Shown one piece after another: positions 26,694 through 37,188 of a stretch of 64,000 nt of DNA. How positions within the stretch are numbered: the first letter of the stretch is position 1; every line of letters starts with the position of its first letter. The DNA comes from a virus (Duplodnaviria; Caudoviricetes). Location: IMG/VR virus record IMGVR_UViG_3300031992_000038, positions 1 to 64,000 of that record; one strand, given 5' to 3'. A model generated the notes under the pieces. That model made no database searches. It saw only the letters and a program-made list of their open reading frames with translations, and was not told the origin of the DNA. Position numbers and translations under genes: made by a program.

Positions 26694-27134
26694 TTAATGT
26701 CCGCAGTGCGAAGTCATGTAGTCCCTGATGAGTTCATTCAGATTGATAAAGTTCCCGCTGATGTCAGCGTTTTCGAACAAGGTGTCCATGTGTGTGCATA
26801 TTCCGCAGGCCGCCTGTTCGATCTGCTTTCCGCAGCAAAGGTGGCACGGTTCGCACGGACACGGTGGCGTCGGTGTCGGTTCCGGGTCTGGGCAAGGACG
26901 GCATCCGTCGCACTTGCATTTGCACTCTCTTATTATCTCCTGCTTAGCAGCCTCTATCTTGCGGTCGATTTCGTCACAACTGCATCCGGTGTCAATGTCG
27001 TCTATCGCGTCGACGACAGCGTCTATTATCGCCCCGGTGTCACAGCTTCCGCTGTCACAGCAGCATTTCCCCGCGTCAATTCCTACCGGGAGTGGATACC
27101 CCCATATGTTGTACATGTCGCCAAGAGCACTCAT
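26694..27134 (-). CDS. Cysteine-rich hypothetical protein
   Basis: 146 aa with CC/CxC clusters and a PEPTPTPP linker; TATTTAT at 27152-27158. Confidence 0.65.
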   Translation of the reverse strand: MSALGDMYNIWGYPLPVGIDAGKCCCDSGSCDTGAIIDAVVDAIDDIDTGCSCDEIDRKIEAAKQEIIRECKCKCDGCRPCPDPEPTPTPPCPCEPCHLCCGKQIEQAACGICTHMDTLFENADISGNFINLNELIRDYMTSHCGH

Positions 27135-27299
27135 CTGTTAGTCGTTTTCCTATAAATATTGTGTCGTTTTAACATACATTAATATTGTTTGTTTTGAAGA
27201 TTCCAAAAATGTCACTAACTTTGCCGTGAAGAAAATAAAAAGCAAATCTTGCGGCGTTGACTGTAACCGGTCGTGCGTCGTATATTAAGTAAGTTTGAT

Positions 27300-27548
27300 A
27301 TGGCACCAATAAAAAGCGTAACACATGGATCACCGGACACGACGGTCGTCGTCGTATGTCCGGAATGCGGTAAGGAACAGAGCGTCACAGTCCGTGAGTC
27401 GGACTGGCGCAGATGGGTCGGTGGCGGATGCCGCGACCTGATATATTCCGCGTTCCCGTATTTGAAGGCAGACGAACGTGAGGTACTGATAAGCGGAATC
27501 TGCGGTGACTGTTGGGACAGCATGTTCAAAGAGGACGACGAGTTGTGA
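27300..27548 (+). CDS. Zinc-finger protein
   Basis: CPECG...ISGICGDCW; TAACTTTG promoter at 27216. Confidence 0.75.
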   Translation: MAPIKSVTHGSPDTTVVVVCPECGKEQSVTVRESDWRRWVGGGCRDLIYSAFPYLKADEREVLISGICGDCWDSMFKEDDEL

Positions 27549-27621
27549 CAAGTGATACTTGACACAATCAGCGCCACCTATCGTGTCTGCATGAGAATAA
27601 AAGACAAACAACCAAAAGGAT

Positions 27622-28452
27622 ATGGACACAATCGAATTTGAACTCGCAAAGGAATGCCAAGAGACCGAGAAGAAGGTGAAACTCCTTGTCGATTTCCTCG
27701 CGACGGACGGTCTGTCGGAACTGATTGGCGAGAAGCAGGTAGAACTGATCACAAAACAATGCGAGGCGCTCGGGAAATACCACGACGCACTGATTGACAG
27801 GGCGAACGACATGGGTGTCGTTGTGGAGGACTACAGAGAACCCATGTTGGACAAGAAGAAGGTCATGATACAGGCGTACGACGACTGCATGCGCGAGCTG
27901 TACGAAAAATCACAGCCGCCCGTCTCATTCGACCTTCTGTCCCTAAGATACCGGGTAGGTGCGATCACAGATGACGACAACGTGTATGACAGGCACTACA
28001 TCTCTCAAGACGAATACAAGTATGTGCTCGGCAAGTACCTCGACGCGTACAACTACAGGGAGCGTTTCACGTCTGACGTGGACGTCATATTGCGCGACCT
28101 CGAGGAAGGCGGGCTTAAGAATGGATATGAGACTGACGAGAACGGATGCAGCCACCGCACGGCGGTGAAGGTGCGGCCTCTGTCCGAACTGATAGGCGAG
28201 GAGAACGCCAAGACCGTCATCGACACGATAAACGAATACAAAAACTTCTACCGCTTCGACCGCGACGAGGAGACATTCAACGTCGCCGTCGGTTTCGGCC
28301 CGTCGCCGTCGCATTCGTTTGAACGGGTTGCGGAATACTGGAAGAAGAACGGGGTCGAGCTTGTCGAGGAGGAAAGGAATCCTGACGACTTCTGGGAACT
28401 TGACGCCTACGGCCCATTCGACGTCATGGACACTGAAATCGAGGAAGTGTGA
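27622..28452 (+). CDS. Hypothetical protein
   Basis: 276-aa ORF with genome-typical codon usage. Confidence 0.75.
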   Translation: MDTIEFELAKECQETEKKVKLLVDFLATDGLSELIGEKQVELITKQCEALGKYHDALIDRANDMGVVVEDYREPMLDKKKVMIQAYDDCMRELYEKSQPPVSFDLLSLRYRVGAITDDDNVYDRHYISQDEYKYVLGKYLDAYNYRERFTSDVDVILRDLEEGGLKNGYETDENGCSHRTAVKVRPLSELIGEENAKTVIDTINEYKNFYRFDRDEETFNVAVGFGPSPSHSFERVAEYWKKNGVELVEEERNPDDFWELDAYGPFDVMDTEIEEV

Positions 28453-28614
28453 CATACCGTCACATCCGCCGGTCATCACAACTGCGGCTGCACTCACGTG
28501 TGGCCGCAATTTTTGCTTGCCCGTTTTTGAATTTTTTAACAGTAATGATTTTGACGTTTGTGATGATGTATGTACCTTTCGCCCGATGTACATATTAACA
28601 TATAAAAATAACCG

Positions 28615-29040
28615 ATGATACAGATTACAGAAAAAACGCTGAAAGACAAATTCATTGAGTACAATGACTTGTACTTCGGGGGCAAGTTGCCGATGCCGGT
28701 TCTGACGACGCACCGGTCATTTTTCGTGTACGGGCAGTTCAGATGCAACCTGCATGCGCCGGGCAGCCGTGTGAGGAACGCGAAAATCAGCATGTCATGC
28801 TACTATGACTACGACGACGACGAGTTCAGGGACATACTTGTCCACGAGATGTTGCACTACAGGCTGAACATGTCGCGGAAATACGACGGAAAGGTCCACG
28901 GTCCGATGTTCTTGGCCGAGGCCGATTCGCTTAACATGAAGTTCGGTCTAAACATAACAGTCAAGCCGGAACTGGTCAAGTCGAGACTGAACAAGAACGC
29001 GCCGAGGTTTTCCCCGGCGCGACTGTTCGTGCGTTGGTGA
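28615..29040 (+). CDS. SprT-like metalloprotease
   Basis: YNDLYFGGKLP, LVHEMLH, HGPMF. Confidence 0.85.
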   Translation: MIQITEKTLKDKFIEYNDLYFGGKLPMPVLTTHRSFFVYGQFRCNLHAPGSRVRNAKISMSCYYDYDDDEFRDILVHEMLHYRLNMSRKYDGKVHGPMFLAEADSLNMKFGLNITVKPELVKSRLNKNAPRFSPARLFVRW

Positions 29041-29053
29041 TTTTCGCCGCTTA

Positions 29054-29608
29054 TCAGTTACGCCATGAGGTAACTGCACCTTTGCTGCGACCCATTGCGC
29101 CCTTGAGTTGGCGGGTTATGACCGCAATCGCTTGCTCCATTGCCGGACCGTGGAGCACGCCGTCCTGATGAAGTTCATTGATTGTGTTCAGGAGGTCCTC
29201 AATCTTGCCGTAGTCTTGATAAGCCTTGTATTGACCCTTGATGCTTTTGACTCTGTCCTCGCCGTATTTCTTGACTTTCTTTTTCGCATCTCCGACTGCA
29301 CGTCTGGCATTTCCGACCGCATCTCCGACCGCACGTCCGGCATTTCCGACCGCATCTCCGACCGCACGTCCGGCATTTCCGATCGCACGTCCGACGTTTC
29401 CGACACCGTTCATAATTGAACGACCTGCGTCGGCCATAGCATCACCGGTTCGTTCGGCATCACTCCTGAACGCGCCAAATATAGAGCGCCCCATATTTTT
29501 CGCTGAATTGAAGAACCCTTTGCGTTCGTCAATCCTCTGCAGTTCGTCATTGACAGCTTCCTCTATGATGGATCTTAACTGACTTTCGCTCAAAGTTATT
29601 TTCGTCAT
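29054..29608 (-). CDS. Leader-bearing protein with 11-aa amphipathic repeats
   Basis: MTKITLSESQLRSIIEEAV; GNAGRAVGDAV repeats. Confidence 0.75.
   Translation of the reverse strand: MTKITLSESQLRSIIEEAVNDELQRIDERKGFFNSAKNMGRSIFGAFRSDAERTGDAMADAGRSIMNGVGNVGRAIGNAGRAVGDAVGNAGRAVGDAVGNARRAVGDAKKKVKKYGEDRVKSIKGQYKAYQDYGKIEDLLNTINELHQDGVLHGPAMEQAIAVITRQLKGAMGRSKGAVTSWRN
29290..29400. repeat. 33-bp tandem repeat (about 3 copies)
   Basis: Unit GCATTTCCGACCGCATCTCCGACCGCACGTCCG. Confidence 0.85.
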
Positions 29609-29751
29609 GTTGCTTACTTAGTTTGATGTTATTTAGTTTTTCTCTTTTTAAATATCAGAATACGTTATACTTTTTTAACATAAAGGATTTGGTCATATTC
29701 AATATTTTTCATACCTTTCGGTTGTTCAAAAAGAATGGAACTAAAGTAATA

Positions 29752-30111
29752 ATGTATATGGAAGAGAAAAAAACAACCGCCAACGAAGTGAACCCGTTCA
29801 TTCCGATGAGACACGACGCGGAGTATGTTGACAGGGTGATAGAATTCGGAGAAGGTTACTTCGGAGGATACGCGAACCGTACACACTACCAGCTGATAAC
29901 CCACAACGGAGACTTTGTCGGATGGCTGAAGGAGTACGAAATCAGTCCGCTCCTCCCAATGGAGGTGATTTTCGAGGTCGTCGACTTGGAGAAGTGCCAT
30001 GACGGATGGGGCGAGACAAAGTCATTCCGTCACATCGATGACTTCCTCGATTACGTAGAGGCGAACAAGGCAGCGATTTTGAAGGCGTATAAGGAAAATG
30101 ATTTTGATTAA
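29752..30111 (+). CDS. Hypothetical protein
   Basis: ATG downstream of an AT-rich promoter region. Confidence 0.7.
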   Translation: MYMEEKKTTANEVNPFIPMRHDAEYVDRVIEFGEGYFGGYANRTHYQLITHNGDFVGWLKEYEISPLLPMEVIFEVVDLEKCHDGWGETKSFRHIDDFLDYVEANKAAILKAYKENDFD

Positions 30112-30226
30112 GGAATTTTAACGTAAAAAATTTGTCCGTTACAAAAAATATGCTTACCTTCGCACTGTCATTATTACGGTGACACAGAGATGAAAAAGAA
30201 ATGTTAACCATATTAAATGTTCTACA

Positions 30227-31207
30227 ATGAGAAAGATCGAAGCAAACATTAAGATGGTCATGATGACCATCGATGAGATTCAGAAGAAATGCAAGCATGA
30301 CACGGCCAACCGCTGCTACATGGCTGACAAGGACGAGGCAGTGCTGAACGGGTACAGCATCGCAGACAGCGACAAGGCAAAGAAACGTATCGCCAAATGC
30401 CGCCGCGCCATCGCAGGAGGTTGGAGCATCTGCTGCCCTATGGTAGTCCACAAAGTCGGCGGGGATATGTACATCACCGACGGTCAGGGCCGTTTCGAGG
30501 CCGCAATCGAGGCCAACAAGTACGCCCTCGTGAAGGGGGAGGCACTTCCTTACGTCGAGATTCCTGTGCTGCTCATCGAGCGTGAAAGCATTGAGCAGAT
30601 GCGCGCCGACATCAAGTCGATGAACACGAACAACACCAACTGGAACAGCATGGACATGCTGCACTGCGAATCCGTCATTAAGGGCGGAGAGATAGCCGAG
30701 CGCTACTCGACAATCCGCCGGTATCAGGACACACTCGGACTCAGCACGGACTATATCCCCCGCATCATCCTGTTCGGTGACCACCGCCACTCGCGCAACG
30801 ACGTGCTGAACGTCAAGCAAAGCGAGCACGCGGAGTTCATGTTGGGTGTGTTCAAGCAGTTCTATGAGTCGCAGGAGACACGCACCAACCGAAAACTGCG
30901 CAACAAGGCGCGCCGCGTCGAGGTGGCAATGTCACTGTGGAGCATTGTCAACCACATCATCAACGCTTGCGGTCACGACAACGAGGAACTGTTCACCGAA
31001 GTTGTCAACAACGCGATCACAAAACTGTGCGCAGCGCTGAGCCGAATGAACGACGACGAGTACATGCGCACGATGGGCAGCCGCTCGTTCTATGTCGGGA
31101 ACACGTTCGCTGACATCATCGCATCACGCAACCGCAACCAATATATCGCCGTCGCGATCAACAATTTCCGGGCGGCAAAGTTCGGAAAGACGCCGGTGGC
31201 GGCGTGA
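30227..31207 (+). CDS. ParB/Srx-like N-terminal domain protein
   Basis: PMVV...YITDGQGRFEAA. Confidence 0.65.
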   Translation: MRKIEANIKMVMMTIDEIQKKCKHDTANRCYMADKDEAVLNGYSIADSDKAKKRIAKCRRAIAGGWSICCPMVVHKVGGDMYITDGQGRFEAAIEANKYALVKGEALPYVEIPVLLIERESIEQMRADIKSMNTNNTNWNSMDMLHCESVIKGGEIAERYSTIRRYQDTLGLSTDYIPRIILFGDHRHSRNDVLNVKQSEHAEFMLGVFKQFYESQETRTNRKLRNKARRVEVAMSLWSIVNHIINACGHDNEELFTEVVNNAITKLCAALSRMNDDEYMRTMGSRSFYVGNTFADIIASRNRNQYIAVAINNFRAAKFGKTPVAA

Positions 31208-31338
31208 CAAATGTTGAGCATAGGGGCATCAAGACGGAGAGTCGCGATGCCCTTTTGTTCTTTTAAAACATTTTTAACGAGAAACACTTTGGTGTGTGGA
31301 CACATTTTATTATCTTTGTCGCACTAAAGGAAAACAAC

Positions 31339-31554
31339 ATGAACTACAAAGAGAAATATGATGCGGCGGTCGAAGCCATGCAGAAGATTATGGACAGCAG
31401 GGCGGACTTGGTACGAATGTCGAAGTTAAAGAAACGTCTGCAAGCAATTTTTCCGGAACTCAAAAATAGCACTGCGCAAGACAAGGACAGCGAACATGGT
31501 GCCGGTGCAGATGAAGAGTTGACGGCAGAAAAGACACAACACTATACGAACTAA
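31339..31554 (+). CDS. Short member of the YKEKY...FPELK paralogue family
   Basis: MNYKEKY...LQAIFPELK, shared with 35544, 37189 and 38497. Confidence 0.65.
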   Translation: MNYKEKYDAAVEAMQKIMDSRADLVRMSKLKKRLQAIFPELKNSTAQDKDSEHGAGADEELTAEKTQHYTN

Positions 31555-31566
31555 CATTCTAAACAA

Positions 31567-31836
31567 ATGGCGGCAAAAGACTACACATTCGCGGCAGGAT
31601 GGAAAGACATCTACCTGACAAAGAAAACGAAACCGAGAAAAAACGGTCTGCATGTGATGAGTACAGACCGCAGACCACTAGAGGAGCAAGAAATCCTGTA
31701 CATCGTTGAGAATTACCTTCGCATGTATTGCAAGAGGAACGAGACGAATGAGGTGACGGTGACAAACGACGGCAAACCGGTGTTCAAGATGGTTCTGATC
31801 GGCAAAGAAAATGACGAACCAACCACCAACGATTGA
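31567..31836 (+). CDS. Hypothetical protein
   Basis: 89-aa ORF in a co-directional cluster. Confidence 0.65.
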   Translation: MAAKDYTFAAGWKDIYLTKKTKPRKNGLHVMSTDRRPLEEQEILYIVENYLRMYCKRNETNEVTVTNDGKPVFKMVLIGKENDEPTTND

Positions 31837-32155
31837 GAATCAAAATGTCATGGCGAAAATAGACGGAAAATACGAACAGCCTCTTACAGAAAGGCTCCTT
31901 GAACGAATCAAGGCGGAGGACAGCATAACCAAACGCCACCACCTGATTCCGATATACCTTCACGAAAGGGATGTGCAGATTCAAAAGGTGCTGGCGAACA
32001 TCGAGAACGACGACATAGACTTTGCTATGGTGATTGAGCAACTGTGGGAGGACCTGCAGCTTGCATGCGAACAAATCAAGGCCACAATGGTCAGGAGTGA
32101 TTTCTATGCGGACAGTTTTAATCTTACCAAATGGGACAGCAAAACAGACAGATAA
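31811..32155 (+). CDS. Hypothetical protein
   Basis: ORF in a co-directional cluster; start uncertain. Confidence 0.6.
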   Translation: MTNQPPTIENQNVMAKIDGKYEQPLTERLLERIKAEDSITKRHHLIPIYLHERDVQIQKVLANIENDDIDFAMVIEQLWEDLQLACEQIKATMVRSDFYADSFNLTKWDSKTDR

Positions 32156-32160
32156 ACATC

Positions 32161-32634
32161 ATGGAACAATCAACAAGGAAACCACTTTCAAGAGAAGATG
32201 AGAAACTCCTCTACATCGACCTGTCAGCGAGACTGCCGTACGGAGTTCGCTTTATCACGACTGGTTCGGACTTCCCGTTCAGACTTGAATGGTTCGACGA
32301 CCGCCGACGCGCAAACGGAACGGTAAGACTTGAACATGTGATTCCTATCCTTCGCCCGATGTCTTCAATGACCCCGGAAGAACGAGAAGACTTCTGGAAA
32401 AATGTACTCGATATTGATTGGCGTGAATTGGAATTTGACGAAGAACCAGATGAAGTGCCATTCCCTTTTACGGAAAATGATTGCGGATTTTATCTAGACA
32501 ATCTTTATTTAACCGACTTGTTTGCCGTAATTGATTGGCTCAATGAACATCACTTTGACTGGCGAGGGCTTATTCCTAAAGGCATCGCATTGAGTACTGA
32601 GGAATTTAAGTTCAACCCATATAAAAATCAGTAA
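32161..32634 (+). CDS. Hypothetical phage protein (DLSARLPYGV / LRPMSSMT type)
   Basis: ORF in a co-directional cluster; 3' end duplicated at ~33490. Confidence 0.7.
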   Translation: MEQSTRKPLSREDEKLLYIDLSARLPYGVRFITTGSDFPFRLEWFDDRRRANGTVRLEHVIPILRPMSSMTPEEREDFWKNVLDIDWRELEFDEEPDEVPFPFTENDCGFYLDNLYLTDLFAVIDWLNEHHFDWRGLIPKGIALSTEEFKFNPYKNQ

Positions 32635-32637
32635 TTT

Positions 32638-33426
32638 ATGGGCGCAATAGATAAAATCTATCTCAAGAAAGACGACTACTTGGCATTCAAAGAGTGGTGC
32701 AAAAACCAACCGCCACTTCATGACAAGTACGGAAAGGAGATGCATATCACCGACTACTTGTGGAACATAGATGACGACGCATGGGGTGACGGAGACAATA
32801 CCCGCCCTGTGATGGGCGCACCATATTATGTCGATGCATACATCATCCGCAACTGCCCAATTGAAGGCGTTCAGGAGGAACTGCAACTCCACTATGGATA
32901 TTGGTCACAGGAACGAATCCGTGACTTTTATGAAAGTGTAAAGAATTATAACCCCGATAAAGACGGATCCCCATACTGGGCCAAACTTGCGGATTTCATC
33001 TTCAATGATGACGGCACAATGTCTATTAAAGGACTAGAAAAATCATCTTATGAAGAAATTCTTCATGGAGAATTGTATGCCTCACCATATCGTACCGGTT
33101 TGGAATATGGTTCTCATTTCAGACTGATTAAGTCCCCGAACGGAAAGAGAACAATTCCGTTCAATAGACCGGCAAAAGGAATGTGGTGGGTAACTGTTGA
33201 AAATACAAATGACCAATATGATTCCATGTGGTACACTGAAGGTACTGACACCTGGGATTTCACGGACGAGTTTGTGGTTGGATGCGGTATCTCAAACATC
33301 GCTTACGTGAAGACTATTACAGCTCTCGCAAGGAAAATCAGAAAGTGGAAACTCCCCATCGGAACAAAAGTAATTGCTACTGGAAGATATGTTGGTGAGG
33401 AATATGAATTCGTTGTGAAAAAATAA
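32638..33426 (+). CDS. Hypothetical protein
   Basis: 262-aa ORF. Confidence 0.75.
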   Translation: MGAIDKIYLKKDDYLAFKEWCKNQPPLHDKYGKEMHITDYLWNIDDDAWGDGDNTRPVMGAPYYVDAYIIRNCPIEGVQEELQLHYGYWSQERIRDFYESVKNYNPDKDGSPYWAKLADFIFNDDGTMSIKGLEKSSYEEILHGELYASPYRTGLEYGSHFRLIKSPNGKRTIPFNRPAKGMWWVTVENTNDQYDSMWYTEGTDTWDFTDEFVVGCGISNIAYVKTITALARKIRKWKLPIGTKVIATGRYVGEEYEFVVKK

Positions 33427-33489
33427 AAAACATTCTCGAAGAATATAAATTCCACTGTCTTAATATATGCTCAAACGAAGCTGAAATGT

Positions 33490-33584
33490 TTGATTGGCTC
33501 AACAAAAAGATGTTCGGCTACAGAGGTTTGATTCCTAAAGGAATCGCATTGAGTACTGAAGAATTTAACCCGTATAACGCATAA
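33490..33584 (+). pseudogene. Duplicated 3' fragment of the 32161..32634 gene
   Basis: Encodes FDWLNKKMFGYRGLIPKGIALSTEEFNPY versus IDWLNEHHFDWRGLIPKGIALSTEEFKFNPY. Confidence 0.75.
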
Positions 33585-33598
33585 CGATTAAAAGAAGA

Positions 33599-34417
33599 AT
33601 GAACGAAGGGAAATCATACATAAACAGGATTTACAACGAGGACTGCCTCGCCACGATCGAACGCCTTGCTGAAAACCGTGTCCGTGTGGACGGCGTGATG
33701 ACATCACCGCCATACAACATGACACCGCGGAAGGGCGGTTATGCCGATACCGGAAGATATGACTCGTACAACGATTGGTTGCCGGAGGGCACCTACATAG
33801 AATGGACTGTCAATGTATTCAACCAACTAAACACGATACTTCGCGCCAACCGTGTTATCCTGTACAATTTCTCCTACTCCATAGAGAACCCTGCGCTACC
33901 GTATAGACTCGTATACGCCATAACGGAGGAAACACCGTTCGACCTGATAGACACCATCATATGGAAGAAAAAGTCGGGACTCCCATTTCCAGCAAACGGC
34001 AAGAGGCTGTCACGCAATTGGGAGTACGTGTTCGTGTTCGCACGAAAAACCGAGACGAACACCTACGAAAACAACCGCAAGGTGAAATCCGTCAGCGAGA
34101 AGACCGGACAGAAATACTACGAGGTGACATACAACTTCGTCGAGGCGGCAAACAACGACGGAAAGACGCCGATAAACCAGGCAACCTACTCCACAGACCT
34201 GTGTCTGAAACTCTTCAGCACATACTTCAAGCCCGGATGGGTCATATACGACCCGTTCTCCGGAACCGGCACAACGGCGGTGGCGTCAAAAATATACGGG
34301 TGCGACTATATAGGAAGCGAGATAAGCAAGGCGCAGTGCGATCACGCAGAGGAACGGATTTCAAATCTTCGTGACAACTTGAACGAGCAAAAGGATATGG
34401 CCAACCGAAGAGTTTAA
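33599..34417 (+). CDS. N4/N6 DNA methyltransferase (beta class)
   Basis: TSPPYN before YDPFSGTGTT. Confidence 0.9.
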   Translation: MNEGKSYINRIYNEDCLATIERLAENRVRVDGVMTSPPYNMTPRKGGYADTGRYDSYNDWLPEGTYIEWTVNVFNQLNTILRANRVILYNFSYSIENPALPYRLVYAITEETPFDLIDTIIWKKKSGLPFPANGKRLSRNWEYVFVFARKTETNTYENNRKVKSVSEKTGQKYYEVTYNFVEAANNDGKTPINQATYSTDLCLKLFSTYFKPGWVIYDPFSGTGTTAVASKIYGCDYIGSEISKAQCDHAEERISNLRDNLNEQKDMANRRV

Positions 34418-34435
34418 CCCCTACAATAGAAAGCA

Positions 34436-34675
34436 ATGAAAAAGATTATCCTATTGGCAGTTGCAATCTTGATGATGGTGGGGTGTGCTGAAGAAAGTAC
34501 TCAACCAATAGAGTCGCTTGAAATGCGCACATATATTGTTGACTCATGCGAATACGTTGGCAAGCATATTGGTAGTCGATGGGGCATACTTGCCCACAAG
34601 GGTAACTGCCGATATTGCGCAGAGCGCAGAAAGCAAGAACTTGAGGCATTGGCCGAACAACTAAAAGGGAAGTAA
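34436..34675 (+). CDS. Small lipoprotein
   Basis: MKKIILLAVAILMMVG-C; HKGNCRYC. Confidence 0.7.
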   Translation: MKKIILLAVAILMMVGCAEESTQPIESLEMRTYIVDSCEYVGKHIGSRWGILAHKGNCRYCAERRKQELEALAEQLKGK

Positions 34676-34678
34676 GAT

Positions 34679-35541
34679 ATGGAAGCATGGAAAATGACAG
34701 GTGACCTGTATGACGATGTGAAGATAGTTCACGAGGCTATCTGTGGTCTTCATTCAATGGTCGAAACTCTCGAAAAAGAGTGCATGGTGCGTGATAAGGG
34801 TAAGGTCGCCACTGAGTTGTTTATACACATTAACGATGTAAAACGTGAGATGGAGAAGGTGGTTTCTGAAAGCGAAAGAATAATGCGACGAGCTGACATT
34901 GACCGGTTTGGACCTTTAAGCAAATATATAAGGCCCTATTTGGCATTTTAAAAAACGACATTATGGAAGCACCGGAGAAGATTTATATTCACCCCGATAT
35001 AGGTGGTAGAGAATTTTTGCGTCCTTGGTTACATAGACCAGCAAACAACGAAAGTGTTGAGTACACCCGTACTGATGCTTTTATCGAGAAGGCGTGTAAA
35101 TGGTTGGAAAGTTTATATGCACCTGATGGTTCTATTGCTCCATGTCATGTGCATATAATTGAAGATTTCAAAAAATATATGGAAGGAGAGTAAGATATGG
35201 CAACAATTAAAAGTTACACCTCGTTAGAGCAGTCCAAGAAACTGGCAGAGATATTGCCGGTTGAGAGTGCGGACATGAGATATGCGCCTTTCGGTGACAC
35301 ACATCCGTGGTTTTGGCATGGTCACTTACTTGAGAAAGGGGCAATCCCATGTTGGAGTCTTGCTGCATTGCTTGGTATTTTGTCTTTTCCGGCATTACGC
35401 TATGATATAGAAGATGGTGAGGGTGGATGGATTGTAAGTTGCGAAAAGGATGATAAAGGGTATCTTTCATATTATAGGGACAACCCCGTTGATACATGTT
35501 ATGACATGATTATCAAGTTACACGAGCAAAAAGTATTGTAA
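34679..35541 (+). CDS. Three small hypothetical genes (34679..34951, 34963..35193, 35197..35541)
   Basis: Tightly spaced ATG ORFs; 35197 shares T/S...L...ADM...P.WS with 60856. Confidence 0.65.
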
Positions 35542-35543
35542 TT

Positions 35544-36263
35544 ATGGACTACAAAGAAAAGTATGAACAAGGTCTTGAATGTATTCAAGAGATACTGTGT
35601 GGTGCCGGTGACTCAATCAAGACATCTATATTAAGAAAAAGATTACAACCTTTCTTCCCAGAACTCCAAGAGTCAGAAGACGAGAGGATAAGGAAAGCAC
35701 TCATTGAATATTTTGAAGAACAATGTGATATGAGTGATTGGAACGGTGTTTATGGCTATCAAGTTCTTGCTTGGCTTGAAAAGCAAGGCATACAACCAAC
35801 CGACAAAGTTGAATCAAAGTTCAAGGTTAGGGATTGGATTACTAATGGACATTATACTCGTTTAATTGTTGGAGTTAATTCAAGGCATTATCAATTTAAG
35901 AATGGGGATGCTAAGTACATAGATGATATAGACAAAAATTATCACCTTTGGTCAATCGCTGACGCAAAAGACGGTGATGTACTTGTCGCTTCCGATGGTT
36001 CAATCTTTCTTTTTGCAGGCGTTGATGATTGTGCTTGTAAGTATTATGTCGCACTTACAACCGACAACTATGTTAAAATCAATTATGTTAAAATCAATAA
36101 AGAAGTAGATAGTGGATATTGGGAAACGTCAAAAGCAGTCCATCCAGCCACCAAAGAGCAACGAGACCTGCTTTTTTCAAAAATAAAAGAAGTTGGCTAT
36201 GCTTGGGATGATGAGAAGAAAAAACTGTCATATATAAAGTCAATAAAACGACTAACGAACTAA
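35544..36263 (+). CDS. YKEKY/ESEDERIRK/AWLEKQG family protein
   Basis: Modular motifs shared with 37189 and 38497, including WSIADAKDGDVL and HPATKEQRDLLF. Confidence 0.75.
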   Translation: MDYKEKYEQGLECIQEILCGAGDSIKTSILRKRLQPFFPELQESEDERIRKALIEYFEEQCDMSDWNGVYGYQVLAWLEKQGIQPTDKVESKFKVRDWITNGHYTRLIVGVNSRHYQFKNGDAKYIDDIDKNYHLWSIADAKDGDVLVASDGSIFLFAGVDDCACKYYVALTTDNYVKINYVKINKEVDSGYWETSKAVHPATKEQRDLLFSKIKEVGYAWDDEKKKLSYIKSIKRLTN

Positions 36264-36277
36264 GCAAAGTTAATAAC

Positions 36278-36898
36278 ATGGGTTTTAGAATTAGTTTATA
36301 TTGCGTGCCAAAAGAAATCATCCATAAGTATGAAAATTTCACAGAGGATGATTATCGCGCAGATAAAGATGGCATTATGTTCAATGAACTCCAAAAAGAA
36401 TGCGTCAAGTATGACACATTGACTAATATCATTGTCAGGGACTATGAAGATAAGTTTTCGTCCCGACTGTTTAAGAATGAACTTGCCATTGAGGATGATA
36501 TGTATTTTGGCACAATATCCAAAGAACAACTTTTGAACATCATAAAAGAAGTACGGACTAACTATATCATAAAATGGCTCAACGGGAGACGTGTTGATAG
36601 TAAAGGCAAATTGGGTGATGTGTGGTTAAACCCACCATCGTATTTGTGTAAAGATGGCGGATGGACCGCCGAAGAAGCAATGAAGGCTAATCAAGGTGAA
36701 TGGAACCTTAAAGCCAATAGATGGATTTATGACTGGTGGGATGGCGAGAAGAGACATTATCTTAACATAGATATAGATATGGACAATAAATGGATTGTTT
36801 CTGGCTCAGATTCGTATGAATATCTAATATTTGATCTAATCCACATATTAAAAATTTTTGACTGGGAAAATGATACATTGGTTTGTATCGGTGGTTAA
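36278..36898 (+). CDS. Hypothetical protein
   Basis: 206-aa AT-rich ORF. Confidence 0.7.
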   Translation: MGFRISLYCVPKEIIHKYENFTEDDYRADKDGIMFNELQKECVKYDTLTNIIVRDYEDKFSSRLFKNELAIEDDMYFGTISKEQLLNIIKEVRTNYIIKWLNGRRVDSKGKLGDVWLNPPSYLCKDGGWTAEEAMKANQGEWNLKANRWIYDWWDGEKRHYLNIDIDMDNKWIVSGSDSYEYLIFDLIHILKIFDWENDTLVCIGG

Positions 36899-36921
36899 AA
36901 CTGTAGCATACAAAGGCAAAA

Positions 36922-37167
36922 ATGATTGACGAGAAATGCAAAACATGCACAGAATTAATAGTTCCTTACTTTGGACTATACGATAGGCCGCAACCAAAGT
37001 TGCCAGAAGAATTGAAAGTCGGTACATGCAAATGCAATATGGACCTCAGTGACCGAATGGAAGAAGGATACTATGGATGGTGCCACCCAGATCTATGCAA
37101 AGGGTCCGGACACCCGTATTATTTTGTTTATCACGGAAAAAACATCGATATTGTGTTTAACAATTAA
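36922..37167 (+). CDS. Small Cys-containing hypothetical protein
   Basis: 81-aa ORF. Confidence 0.6.
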   Translation: MIDEKCKTCTELIVPYFGLYDRPQPKLPEELKVGTCKCNMDLSDRMEEGYYGWCHPDLCKGSGHPYYFVYHGKNIDIVFNN

Positions 37168-37188
37168 CAAGAAAAACGTTACATTCAT

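Noticed and set aside
29290-29400. Tandem repeats as a second CRISPR array
   Set aside because: There are no unique spacers; this is an in-frame coding repeat.
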